15,039 nt of DNA from Prevotella sp. (GTDB lineage Bacteria > Bacteroidota > Bacteroidia > Bacteroidales > Dysgonomonadaceae), in assembly GCA_031285625.1 (NCBI GenBank), contig JAITVV010000074.1:1-15039 (forward strand), read 5' to 3'. Position numbers and translations under genes: made by a program. The notes beneath the pieces are model-generated. The model did not search any database and had not been told where the DNA came from. It saw only the letters and a list, made by a program, of their open reading frames with translations. Shown in pieces: positions 1-9,217 of the stretch. Each line of letters begins with the position of its first letter. The stretch's first letter is position 1.

Positions 1-66
1 AATAAGCTACTTAAATCATTTGTAGTATGTAGTAAGAAAAGTTCGGTAAAATTTAAAAACAAGATT

Positions 67-1050
67 ATGACAACATATAACGAAGCAAACAAAATAAGTA
101 TCAAAGCCTATCTGGCAAGCAAAAGTATCCATCCGGTTAAAGATCATGGCTACTATGGTATGTACCGTTCCCCATTCAGGGATGACACTAATGCAAGTCT
201 GAAAGTCGATTATAATAAAAACCTTTGGATCGATTTTGGGAGTAATGACGGGGGAACAATGATTGATTTGGTTATGCGAATCAATAATTGTTCACTGGCA
301 CAAGCTATGGATGAAATAAAAAAATATTGTGACACAACAGTAAATCAGTACAACAGCATGACAGTACAATTACAATCACAATCACAATCACAATCACAGT
401 CTTTTTCTTTTCACGGCAATAATTCAAACAAGACTGCTCCGGCTATAACGATACAAAAGGTGCTTCCGCTCACGCATAAAGCCCTGATCGATTATCTATC
501 GGAAAGAAGGATCAGTCTTGATATAGCCAAGCAATATTGCTCTGAAATACATTATTCCGTAAACGGAAAACCTTTCTTCACTGTCGGGTTTCCAAATGAC
601 AGTAAGGGCTGGATATTACGGAGCGAGCCATTTAAGGGTTGTACCTCTATGGATATAACAACATATAACGGAGCAAACAATACCAACAGTCCGAAAGAAT
701 CGTGTTTGGTTTTTGAAGGTTTTACCGATTTCCTTTCCTATTTGACATTAAGGAATATTCATTCTCCCAAAGAGGATGTTATAGTGCTTAATTCACTATC
801 TAACCTTCCCAAAGCTATCAACAAACTAAAAGGCTACAAAGAAATCCATGCTTATCTCGATAACGATAATCCGGGAAAGAAAGCTACTCTAACCATCAAA
901 CAAACTCATCTGGCTGTGATTGACCAGTCGGTAAAGTATACAGGCTATAAAGACCTGAATGAGTATCTTATTTCAATCAGGCAGATACAGCAAAAAGAGA
1001 AGCCTAAAGTCGAAGTCAAACGGAAACCTTCCAAAGGTTTCAGACCCTGA
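67..1050 (+). CDS. DNA primase of a Bacteroidota mobilizable element (degenerate CHC2-type N-terminal domain plus Toprim domain)
   Basis: N-terminal YRSPFRDDTNASLKVD...WIDFG...GG.IDLV, the Cys-less CHC2-like variant typical of Bacteroidota elements. Toprim motifs VFEGFTDFLS and YLDND, and C-terminal YKDLNEYL. Lies directly upstream of oriT-mob. Confidence 0.9.
   Translation: MTTYNEANKISIKAYLASKSIHPVKDHGYYGMYRSPFRDDTNASLKVDYNKNLWIDFGSNDGGTMIDLVMRINNCSLAQAMDEIKKYCDTTVNQYNSMTVQLQSQSQSQSQSFSFHGNNSNKTAPAITIQKVLPLTHKALIDYLSERRISLDIAKQYCSEIHYSVNGKPFFTVGFPNDSKGWILRSEPFKGCTSMDITTYNGANNTNSPKESCLVFEGFTDFLSYLTLRNIHSPKEDVIVLNSLSNLPKAINKLKGYKEIHAYLDNDNPGKKATLTIKQTHLAVIDQSVKYTGYKDLNEYLISIRQIQQKEKPKVEVKRKPSKGFRP
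367..402 (+). repeat. In-frame hexanucleotide microsatellite (CAATCA)4 with degenerate flanking units, encoding a Gln-Ser linker
   Basis: CAATTA at 367-372, CAATCA x4 at 373-396, CAGTCT at 397-402; translates as QLQSQSQSQSQS. Confidence 0.9.
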
Positions 1051-1310
1051 ACTTTCGTGCGTTCCCAAGGGGCTTTTGAAAAAGCCATAGCCTATTAGGG
1101 ATTTTTCTTTACGCTCACGTTGCACTACCACTAAAAAATCCCAATAGGCAAAGGGTGTCCCCCCCCGTTTGAATCCCCCTGAGCGGTCTGATGACCGCAG
1201 TCGCTTTAGGCGACTATTTACAATGATGAATCATTGTCCACCGGCAAAGGATAGTCGGCAGGCATGGTTTCCAATTCTCAAAATTACGAACTTTTTAATT
1301 AAAAACAGCT
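1051..1310. other. Putative origin of transfer (oriT) region
   Basis: Intergenic region between primase and relaxase, the established oriT position in NBU-type elements. Contains inverted repeats at 1071-1086, 1090-1106/1134-1149, 1183-1198, 1199-1215 and 1220-1237. Confidence 0.65.
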
Positions 1311-2621
1311 ATGGGATATGTTGTTCTCCATTTAGATAAATCGCCCGGAAACGAAGCGGCGATGACAGACCATATAGAACGGAATGTTATAGCTCCGAAT
1401 GTAGATCCGAAACGGACACATCTGAATAAAGAGTTAGTTTCATTCCCCGAAGGGGTAACCAATAGGACGGATGCAATACAGCGCAGGATACAAACAGCGG
1501 GTATAGGTCGCAGTATTGGTAAAAATCAGGTGTTGGTTATCCGCTTCATCCTTTCCGGTAGTACCGAAGATATGTTGCGGATACAGGCGGAAGGCAAACT
1601 TGATGACTGGTGCAAGGATAATATGGACTGGCTCAAAAAAGAATACGGGGAGAAAAACGTTGTGGCTGCAACTTTACATCTGGATGAAGATGTGCCGCAT
1701 ATACACGCTTCGGTTGTTCCCATCGTCCGGGGAGAGCGAAGAAAAAAGAAAACCAACAAAGTACAAGATGTTCCTAAAAAGCAGTATAAGAAAAAAGATG
1801 TAAACAGGCCTCGCTTATGTGCCGACGATGTGATGACGAAAGAGAAATTAATCCACTATCAGGATAGCTATGCGGAGGCTATGGCTAAATATGACTTGGT
1901 TCGTGGCATTAAAGGATCGGAAGCCCGGCATATAAGTACATCGGAATTTTATCGTAATCAAAAAGTAGAGTCTGATAATCTACAAACAGATATTGCACTG
2001 CTATTGCAACAGAAAGAAGCAGAGCAAAAAGCTTTGGAAGAAATAAAAAGCCGGAAGAAAGCCGAAAAGTTTAAGAACACGGCTGCCGATGTAGGTTCTA
2101 CAATAATGGATGGTATTGGCTCAATGATAGGTACTTCAAAAGTGAAACGACAACAACAGGAAATAGAGAATCTTAAAGAAGAAAAGGAAAACCTGATTCA
2201 GGAAGTGAAAGAATTGAAACAAAGTATACAGACCATGCTGAAAGAACACGAATCGGCTATGGATAAACTAAAGCAGGAACTAAAGAAAATCCATGACCTG
2301 TTTCCCAAACTCAAAGAGTTACTGTGGATTGAAAGGCTGTTGCAGGCTATGAAGTTTACAGAAAGCCTGATTAAAGAAATATTGGATATGAAGCCTGTCA
2401 TATTCAAAGGAGGTATATATTCTCCGGAATACAAACGATATTTTACAACGGAAAGGTCTGTTGCGGAGATTAAGCCACATCCTGAAAAGCCGGACAAATA
2501 CGAACTGACTATTGACGGAGTGGATGATACAAATTGGTGCAGGAGAAAATACAGGGAATCGCTGGAAACTCTTGGTATAAAACCGAATGAACAGAAAAGG
2601 CAGCAGGGGCAGAGAAGATAA
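1311..2621 (+). CDS. mobV: MobV/Pre-family relaxase (mobilization protein)
   Basis: Begins MGYVVLHLDK...HIER...N.D..RTHLN. HUH motif ATLHLDEDVPHIHASVVP, then QDSYAEAM and RG...SEARH. Coiled-coil C-terminal half. Confidence 0.92.
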   Translation: MGYVVLHLDKSPGNEAAMTDHIERNVIAPNVDPKRTHLNKELVSFPEGVTNRTDAIQRRIQTAGIGRSIGKNQVLVIRFILSGSTEDMLRIQAEGKLDDWCKDNMDWLKKEYGEKNVVAATLHLDEDVPHIHASVVPIVRGERRKKKTNKVQDVPKKQYKKKDVNRPRLCADDVMTKEKLIHYQDSYAEAMAKYDLVRGIKGSEARHISTSEFYRNQKVESDNLQTDIALLLQQKEAEQKALEEIKSRKKAEKFKNTAADVGSTIMDGIGSMIGTSKVKRQQQEIENLKEEKENLIQEVKELKQSIQTMLKEHESAMDKLKQELKKIHDLFPKLKELLWIERLLQAMKFTESLIKEILDMKPVIFKGGIYSPEYKRYFTTERSVAEIKPHPEKPDKYELTIDGVDDTNWCRRKYRESLETLGIKPNEQKRQQGQRR

Positions 2622-2828
2622 AATAGAAAATACACAGACATAAAATGGATTCGCCCGAATTTATCGTGATCTCTATTAACATATTACAGAGATTTAATGA
2701 AAGACATAAATTAATTGACAATAAGCAACTTAAAGCAGTTCGTATCCATTCATATTTCGTTATAAACAGATACAGTCAATAAGAAACTGATGACGAATAA
2801 GAAATTGTTTGTTATCTTTACAATCATA

Positions 2829-3401
2829 ATGGATATGAATGCCGACATAGAAGAACAATTGAAAGAGATTTCAGAACACGATAGCATGGAATCTTTCAGG
2901 TGTGTGTATTATCATTATTATAATCGTCTTTTCTCTCAGGCTTTATATTATTTAAATAACAACCCGGATTATGCACAGGAAGTTGTTTCTGATGTTTTTA
3001 TTGCAATATGGCAAAGCCGTAAAGTTCTGGATAAAGTCAGTAATCCGGATTCCTATTTCTTCATAGCTTTGAAACATGCCGCTTCCAGGTACATTGAAAA
3101 GAATTATAAAAAACAGACAGAACTTCTTACTGAAAATCTACCGGATTATCATGCCTCAAATACCTCCACCGATACAGATTTATTAGACAGGGAACTTCAG
3201 GATAAATATAAAGCAGCTTTAGAAAAACTGCCGCCCCGTTGCGCTGAAGTATTCCGTCTGATAAGGGAAGAACATAAAAAATATTCTGAGGTAGCCGAGA
3301 TATTAGGTATATCGACAAAAACAGTTGACAACCAAATGAATAAAGCTGTAAGAATACTATATCGGGAATTGAAAGAGAATCTTTTTTCTGTATTTTTCTA
3401 A
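2829..3401 (+). CDS. ECF sigma-70 factor (Bacteroides expansion family); start uncertain (2790, 2829 or 2835)
   Basis: Region 2 AQEVVSDVFIAIW; region 4 ALEKLPPRCAEVFRL...KKYSEVAEILGISTKTVDNQMNKA. Followed by a FecR gene. Confidence 0.93.
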   Translation: MDMNADIEEQLKEISEHDSMESFRCVYYHYYNRLFSQALYYLNNNPDYAQEVVSDVFIAIWQSRKVLDKVSNPDSYFFIALKHAASRYIEKNYKKQTELLTENLPDYHASNTSTDTDLLDRELQDKYKAALEKLPPRCAEVFRLIREEHKKYSEVAEILGISTKTVDNQMNKAVRILYRELKENLFSVFF

Positions 3402-3464
3402 AATCAGATAGGGATATTTTTATTTTATCTCCTCTTTATTATTATAACAGTAGATAATGCAGGA

Positions 3465-4421
3465 ATGGAATATAATAACATAGTACAAAAAGCACGCCGG
3501 AAATATCTGAATAGAGCAGCTCTTTCACCCGAAGAGCAATCCGTTCTCGACAAAGACTTTAATGGGAAAGACTATATATTCTACAAGGAGAACGACGGAA
3601 AAGACTTTCTGTTTGACACCCGGTACTCTGCCGATCAGACCTTTCCTCGTATCAAGCAGGCAATATCACAACATACAGCATATAAGAAGAAGCTACTGAT
3701 TCGATATATCGGTTCAGCAGCCGCTATCCTGATTATCTCATTCATCTCTTTTCATTTATATAAAATGTCCAGCATTCCGCAAATGAAATATGTTTCCACA
3801 TCATACGGAGAGCATAAAAATATAAGTCTCCCTGATGGTACGGTTATAACTCTCAATAGCCTGTCATCAATCTCCTATCCACAGGATTTGAAAGGAGATA
3901 CCAGGCAAGTAGAATTAAAAGGAGAAGCCTATTTTGATGTGGCAAGTGAAGCTGACAGGCCGTTCATTGTAAAAGCAAATGATTTAGAAATAAGAGTATT
4001 AGGAACTAAATTCAATATAGAAGCTTATGAAAATGAAGAAAACATCATTACCAGCCTATTTGAGGGCTCTGTATCTATTAATGCTAGTAATGGAGTTACC
4101 AGAAAACTTGTACCGGGAGACAAAGCTGTTTATAATAAAAACTCCGGAGAAATTAACGCATTACATACGAATGATATTGATAACCAGATATATTGGTTGA
4201 AAAATATCCTTTATTTTGACAATGAGCCTCTTGCTGATATATTGAAAACGTTTGCACGGGAAAGAGACGTTCTCTTCAAATTAGAAAATCCAACTACAGG
4301 CAATCTGCGAATGACAGCTCGCTTTGACGGAAATGAGACGATGGAAGATATTTTAAGTATACTTTCTCAATCAGGCGATTTTTCTTACAACCGACAGGGC
4401 AATATTTACTATATCAAATGA
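3465..4421 (+). CDS. FecR-family anti-sigma factor / transmembrane sensor
   Basis: Single TM segment (YIGSAAAILIISFISFHLY). FecR motifs LPDGTVITLN, RQVELKGEAYFDVA, PFIV, VLGTKFNI, LFEGSV. C-terminal W...LYFDNEPL domain. Confidence 0.93.
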   Translation: MEYNNIVQKARRKYLNRAALSPEEQSVLDKDFNGKDYIFYKENDGKDFLFDTRYSADQTFPRIKQAISQHTAYKKKLLIRYIGSAAAILIISFISFHLYKMSSIPQMKYVSTSYGEHKNISLPDGTVITLNSLSSISYPQDLKGDTRQVELKGEAYFDVASEADRPFIVKANDLEIRVLGTKFNIEAYENEENIITSLFEGSVSINASNGVTRKLVPGDKAVYNKNSGEINALHTNDIDNQIYWLKNILYFDNEPLADILKTFARERDVLFKLENPTTGNLRMTARFDGNETMEDILSILSQSGDFSYNRQGNIYYIK

Positions 4422-7033
4422 ACATATCGATACAAACAAAACTGATATACAGCTTTCTATTCCTGTTCTTATTCATTCAACAGGCTTATCCCCAAGAGAA
4501 TACCGGGATTATTATACGGGTAAAAGCTACTCCACTTAAGGATATAATGAAAATGGTGGAGAAACAGACCGGATATTCGTTTACCTATAACGAAACTGTT
4601 GATCTTAGCCAAAAGAAAAGTGTCGATATAAAATCTTCGAAATTAACAGAGGTATTGCATGCTACCTTCAAAGAAACCTCTATTGAATGGAAACTGGAAG
4701 GACAGCATATAATACTCAAGAACAGAAAGATAGAAAAGAAACCCCGGAATGTGACAATTTCCGGATATGTTACAGATATTGAATCTTCCGAAACTTTAAT
4801 CGGCGCATCTGTAGTGAATAGTAATTCCGGTTATGGGAGCTTTGCAAATTCTTACGGGTATTATACAATACAGGTACCGGCAGGAACAATTAAGCTAAAG
4901 GCATCGTATACAGGCTATACCCCTATTGAAAAAAATGCCTGTATAAATAAGGATACTGTCATTAACTTTAATTTAAAGACCGGAATCGAATTAGAAACTA
5001 TTACCATAACAAATACGAGCACGTTTTCACCATCTGGAAGTTCCATTGAGTTAACCCAAGACCAGATAAAATCGATGCCTGCCGTACTCGGGGAAGCAGA
5101 CGTCCTGAAATCCCTGCAATTCATACCCGGAGTACAATCCGGAGCCGAAGGTTCAGCGGGCATGTATGTACGGGGTGGCAATATCGACCAGAACCTCACG
5201 CTATTAGACGGGATACCGATTTACAATACAGGACATTTCTACGGAATCGTGTCTATTTTCAACGGTGATGCAGTGAAGAAGGTTTCTCTTCATAAAGGCA
5301 GTTTTCCTGCAAGATTTGGAGGACGATTATCTTCGGTCGTTGATATCCGGTTGAAGGATGGAGACATGCAGAATTATCATGGAAGCTTCAACATAGGAAT
5401 ACTGTCGGGCAGGATAAACTTTGAAGGGCCCATCATAAGAGGAAAAACATCATTCAACCTGTCGGCGCGGCGTTCGTATGCCGATGTATTTCTCCGGGCA
5501 GCCAAACTCTTCACTGACGAATCCGTTCCCATTTTATATATGTACGATCTGAACGCGAAAGTAAACCATAAGTTTTCCGACCGTAGTCGTTTATACCTGA
5601 GCCTTTATAACGGAAAGGATAAAGAGGGGGCAGTATCAAAGCAGGATGAATCCAATTTTTACAGCAAATCCGAGATCGATTATAAGTGGGGAAATACAGT
5701 TGCCGCCCTCAGGTGGAATTACATTTTTAGTAATAAATTGTTTGCTAATACGACGGTTGCCTACAATCGTTATAATTTTGATTTTAGGTCTTCTGAAGAA
5801 CTTAAAGAAATGGATTTCAACAGTTATTATGAGAATTTCCAAAATTCAGAAATCAAAGATATCAGCATAAATGCCGATTTAGAATATATTCCAGATAACA
5901 GGCATCAAATAAAGTTTGGCAGTGGTTTTACGTTCCACCGTTTTAATCCTGAAATACATGGAAGTAAAATAAAAGAAATAGAGAATGGCGAAGAATCAAT
6001 AAACAAGTCCAATCACTTTCTAAACAGTCGTATCATCGGGCGGGAATCTTTAGTCTACATAGAGGATGAATTTTCTGTTTTTAACCGGTTTAAGGCTAAT
6101 CTGGGCCTTCACTTTTCGCTTTTTAACGTACAACAAAAAACTTATACGTCATTACAGCCCCGGATTTCATTAGGATATGAGTTTAACAGCCATATGGCAA
6201 TCAAGGCTTCTTATACAAAAATGAACCAGTATATAAACCTGCTTACTTCAAATTCTTTGGTACAGCCAACAGATTTATGGGTACCCATCACTAACCGGCT
6301 CAAGCCGATGGTTGCACATCAATACACTTTGGGTGTATATTACGATAAAGGAGACGGGTACAGCCTCTCTGCGGAAACATTTTACAAGCGAATGAAAAAT
6401 GTTCTGGAGTACAAAGACGGGGCATCATGGAAAGATACCTATAAATCATGGGAGGAGCAAGTGGAACCGGGTAAAGGGTGGGCCTATGGTATAGAACTGT
6501 TCGGACAAAAAACAATCGGAAAATATACAGGAATGGCAGGTTATACGCTAGCATGGAATGAACGGAAATTTGAGACAATAAATGAGGGTAGACGTTTTGC
6601 CGCCAAGTATGACCAAAGGCATAATATTTCTTTGACCATGACATATAAACCCGGCGATAAAATAGAATTGTCCGCATCATGGATGTATGCGACAGGAAAC
6701 AACGCAACTCTGGCTCTCGAAGAATTCCAGCCTTTACCTGACGTAAATGTTCCCAACGGACAAATAATCCATCCGCTTCCTACCATTGAACAGGTAGATA
6801 AAAGGAATAATTACCGCCTGCCGGCAAACCACCACCTCGACCTGAACCTGAATTATCACCGTTCGAAAAGGAAGATGTGGAGCTTTACCATTTACAATGT
6901 ATATAACAGGGCAAATCCATTTATGGTGTATCCCGGTTACAGTGAAAGAAACGGACAGGTTGGTAAATATAATCTGTTCCGGTATAGTATATTCAGGTTT
7001 GTCCCATCGATATCTTATACCTACAAATTTTGA
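4418..7033 (+). CDS. TonB-dependent outer membrane receptor/transducer with N-terminal signalling (STN-like) and CarboxypepD_reg-like domains
   Basis: Signal peptide; STN-like PLKDIMKMVEKQTGYSFTY; TISGYVTD..S.ETLIGASV; plug GEADVLKSLQFIPGV...VRGGNIDQNLTLLDGIPIYN; FPARFGGRLSSV; C-terminal SISYTYKF. ATGA overlap with the fecR stop. Confidence 0.93.
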   Translation: MNISIQTKLIYSFLFLFLFIQQAYPQENTGIIIRVKATPLKDIMKMVEKQTGYSFTYNETVDLSQKKSVDIKSSKLTEVLHATFKETSIEWKLEGQHIILKNRKIEKKPRNVTISGYVTDIESSETLIGASVVNSNSGYGSFANSYGYYTIQVPAGTIKLKASYTGYTPIEKNACINKDTVINFNLKTGIELETITITNTSTFSPSGSSIELTQDQIKSMPAVLGEADVLKSLQFIPGVQSGAEGSAGMYVRGGNIDQNLTLLDGIPIYNTGHFYGIVSIFNGDAVKKVSLHKGSFPARFGGRLSSVVDIRLKDGDMQNYHGSFNIGILSGRINFEGPIIRGKTSFNLSARRSYADVFLRAAKLFTDESVPILYMYDLNAKVNHKFSDRSRLYLSLYNGKDKEGAVSKQDESNFYSKSEIDYKWGNTVAALRWNYIFSNKLFANTTVAYNRYNFDFRSSEELKEMDFNSYYENFQNSEIKDISINADLEYIPDNRHQIKFGSGFTFHRFNPEIHGSKIKEIENGEESINKSNHFLNSRIIGRESLVYIEDEFSVFNRFKANLGLHFSLFNVQQKTYTSLQPRISLGYEFNSHMAIKASYTKMNQYINLLTSNSLVQPTDLWVPITNRLKPMVAHQYTLGVYYDKGDGYSLSAETFYKRMKNVLEYKDGASWKDTYKSWEEQVEPGKGWAYGIELFGQKTIGKYTGMAGYTLAWNERKFETINEGRRFAAKYDQRHNISLTMTYKPGDKIELSASWMYATGNNATLALEEFQPLPDVNVPNGQIIHPLPTIEQVDKRNNYRLPANHHLDLNLNYHRSKRKMWSFTIYNVYNRANPFMVYPGYSERNGQVGKYNLFRYSIFRFVPSISYTYKF

Positions 7034-8007
7034 TGATTATGAAGAGATATATTATAAATTCAATCATATTATTTATTCTCATCATGCTATCCTCATGTGA
7101 GAGTGAAGTCGATATGGGAAGTATCCCCATTGAGCCGCGACTTGTCATAAACGCATCTATGGGAGCCGGTAACGATACTTGCCGGATATACCTTACCGAA
7201 AGCCGTCCGATATTCCGTACCGAACAAAATGCGTATTGGGGAAAAGACCCTTATACTTATATTACCGGAGCCGATGTCGTTTTAAATATAAATAATAAAC
7301 CTGAGAAACTTATATACAGCGCCAAAGACAGCGCTTATTTGTTCCTAAAGCCTCTATCCGTAAATGATGGAATCGGGATTTCGGTAACTTATAAGGATAA
7401 ACAACTCAGCGCTTCGGCCGTAGTTCCGGAAAATCCGCAAATCATATCGGTCGATACAATCGCTATTTATAAAACAGTATCCGGATATAAAGGGAAATAC
7501 CTGAGATACAATGTAAAAATAAAAGATAGAAGCCAATCGGATAATTTTTATCGTATCAAAGTCGATGGGGCCTATCACTATCAGTCGAAAGACTGGTTAG
7601 AATTTGAATACTGGAGGTATATTACACGGTTCAAATCGGATGATGTTATTTTAAACAACGGAAATCCGGAGAATACCGATAACGATGACTTGTCCATAGT
7701 CACATTTCCTCCCAATTATTACGGTATATTTACTAATACGATGTTTAAAGGTACAGAATATACGTTGAGCTTTTACATTGAATATCCTGACTTCTTGTAT
7801 GAAAATGAATATGATAAGGGGTATCTTAACATAACACTGCAAATGATAAGCCCGGAGCTGTATAAGTATTATTCATCAGTACAAAGGTACAGGTATTTGG
7901 ATGAGTATGAGATGACTGAACCCGTAAAGATATTCACCAATATAAACAATGGATTAGGCATATTCGGAGCATACAGCGAAGTCCCGGTTATGCGAATGTT
8001 AAAGTAA
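7033..8007 (+). CDS. DUF4249-like outer membrane lipoprotein; start at 7033 or 7039
   Basis: Lipobox LSSC followed by acidic ESEVD; EPRLVINA; NFYR; ISPELYKYY; C-terminal EPVKIFTNINNGLGIFGA, recalled as characteristic of DUF4249. TGATG overlap with the receptor stop. Confidence 0.8.
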   Translation: MIMKRYIINSIILFILIMLSSCESEVDMGSIPIEPRLVINASMGAGNDTCRIYLTESRPIFRTEQNAYWGKDPYTYITGADVVLNINNKPEKLIYSAKDSAYLFLKPLSVNDGIGISVTYKDKQLSASAVVPENPQIISVDTIAIYKTVSGYKGKYLRYNVKIKDRSQSDNFYRIKVDGAYHYQSKDWLEFEYWRYITRFKSDDVILNNGNPENTDNDDLSIVTFPPNYYGIFTNTMFKGTEYTLSFYIEYPDFLYENEYDKGYLNITLQMISPELYKYYSSVQRYRYLDEYEMTEPVKIFTNINNGLGIFGAYSEVPVMRMLK

Positions 8008-8058
8008 AAGATTATCCGGATAACTAATTATAATATTAATCATTTAAGAAATTTAAAG

Positions 8059-9150
8059 ATGAAAAAAACGAGTAAAGTGAAACGAAGAGTAATACATTTT
8101 GTTTTATTTAGTTGTGCATTGGCTTTATTTAATGCTTGTTCCAATGATGATTTAGATTTGAGTCCGAAGGACAATACTTTAAGAAGAGAAAAGGATGTTG
8201 AGGTTGTGAATATTAATGATTATATAACAGGACAGACAAAAAGCTTAAGATCTACCTCTAACGATGAAATAAGTCAAACAGCTATTAGATTTAAAGATGA
8301 AACAGCCTATGAAAGGACTATTGCTAAATTGGAGGCTATGAACGAAGAAGAGAGGAGCCAATGGTATAAGACATTGGAAGGATTTAATTCGCTTCAAGCA
8401 ATTTTTGAAAAAGCTATGGAAGATGTGGAAGATGTAGATGAAACAGAAGAATCATATATGAATTTTAAAGCGAAATATGATAAATACCTGTATTTCCCTA
8501 TGTACGAAGAAGATTATGGAGTCTATATTCCAATAATAGAACAAGAAATAGCTTCTGTCGCTAATCCTGACGGCTTGGTTATTGTTGGAAATGAAGTGAG
8601 AAGCCTGAAGAATATCACTAATTATTCTGATTTGCAGCAAAGCGGTCAAGCATATTATGAGCCGGTTAAAGAACTGGGAATGCAAACAAAAGCCTTGAAT
8701 CCGACAGAGAATATAAGAAGTAAGTACATAGGCCAGGAGTCTTCAGGCTGGGTGCGAAGAGGAAAACGTAAATTGCAAATTAAATTTGGACGAAGAAGTA
8801 ATCAGGTTGTCGCACCCAGCCCATTCCGTTTATATTTACATATGGAAGTATCTTTCAGAAAAAAGACATGGATTGGCTGGGTTAATTATTCAAGTATTAC
8901 AGATACCAAAGTAGATTATACTTACGGAGGAATAAAATACACCTATACTTTGCATAAAAACAACTATTCCTCCCATGATTGGTTTGATAGTAAAAATTTA
9001 CCTTTCTCCAGAGCTGGAGCCACATATAATGGAATAGCAGTATATTCAACCCCTGTGATAACTGCATCTTTCAGAAGTGAATTTAGGGGTTTTGATCAAC
9101 CTTATTATTGGAGTTGTACCTTACCTGAAGTCTTATTTACAAATAATTAA
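8059..9150 (+). CDS. Surface lipoprotein of unknown function (DUF4848-like)
   Basis: Lipobox FNAC27 followed by SNDDLD, an acidic surface-export-like signal. The IRFKDETAYERTIAKL...GFNSL and FRKKTWIGWVNYSS segments are recalled as DUF4848-like; this family call needs an HMM check. Confidence 0.65.
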   Translation: MKKTSKVKRRVIHFVLFSCALALFNACSNDDLDLSPKDNTLRREKDVEVVNINDYITGQTKSLRSTSNDEISQTAIRFKDETAYERTIAKLEAMNEEERSQWYKTLEGFNSLQAIFEKAMEDVEDVDETEESYMNFKAKYDKYLYFPMYEEDYGVYIPIIEQEIASVANPDGLVIVGNEVRSLKNITNYSDLQQSGQAYYEPVKELGMQTKALNPTENIRSKYIGQESSGWVRRGKRKLQIKFGRRSNQVVAPSPFRLYLHMEVSFRKKTWIGWVNYSSITDTKVDYTYGGIKYTYTLHKNNYSSHDWFDSKNLPFSRAGATYNGIAVYSTPVITASFRSEFRGFDQPYYWSCTLPEVLFTNN

Positions 9151-9158
9151 CTACAAAT

Positions 9159-9197
9159 ATGTTTGGGCTTCTTTAAACATTAAAGAAGCCCAAACAT
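9159..9197. terminator. Perfect 18-bp stem-loop (terminator, attenuator or mRNA stabiliser)
   Basis: ATGTTTGGGCTTCTTTAA-aca-TTAAAGAAGCCCAAACAT. No U-tract follows on the + strand. Confidence 0.6.
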
Positions 9198-9217
9198 TAA
9201 AATAAAAAGATTGCTTT

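Noticed and set aside
1516-2721. Short alternative-frame and antisense ORFs over the relaxase (1516-1803, 1526-1759, 2198-2641, 2509-2721)
   Set aside because: Shadow ORFs of a well-supported gene, with no recognisable motifs.
2790-2828. Longer N-terminus of the sigma factor with a hydrophobic stretch
   Set aside because: Probably upstream of the true start: a -7-like TATCTTTA lies at 2813-2820 and ECF similarity begins later.
4418-8007. SusC/SusD polysaccharide utilization locus
   Set aside because: The receptor lacks SusC signature motifs and is shorter, the partner lipoprotein is not SusD-like, and no glycoside hydrolases are present.
8012-8023. 12-bp palindrome TTATCCGGATAA after the DUF4249-like gene
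   Set aside because: Short and without a supporting second copy; could be chance.
3127-8685. Small overlapping ORFs inside the sigma, receptor and lipoprotein genes
   Set aside because: Antisense or off-frame shadows with no independent coding signal.
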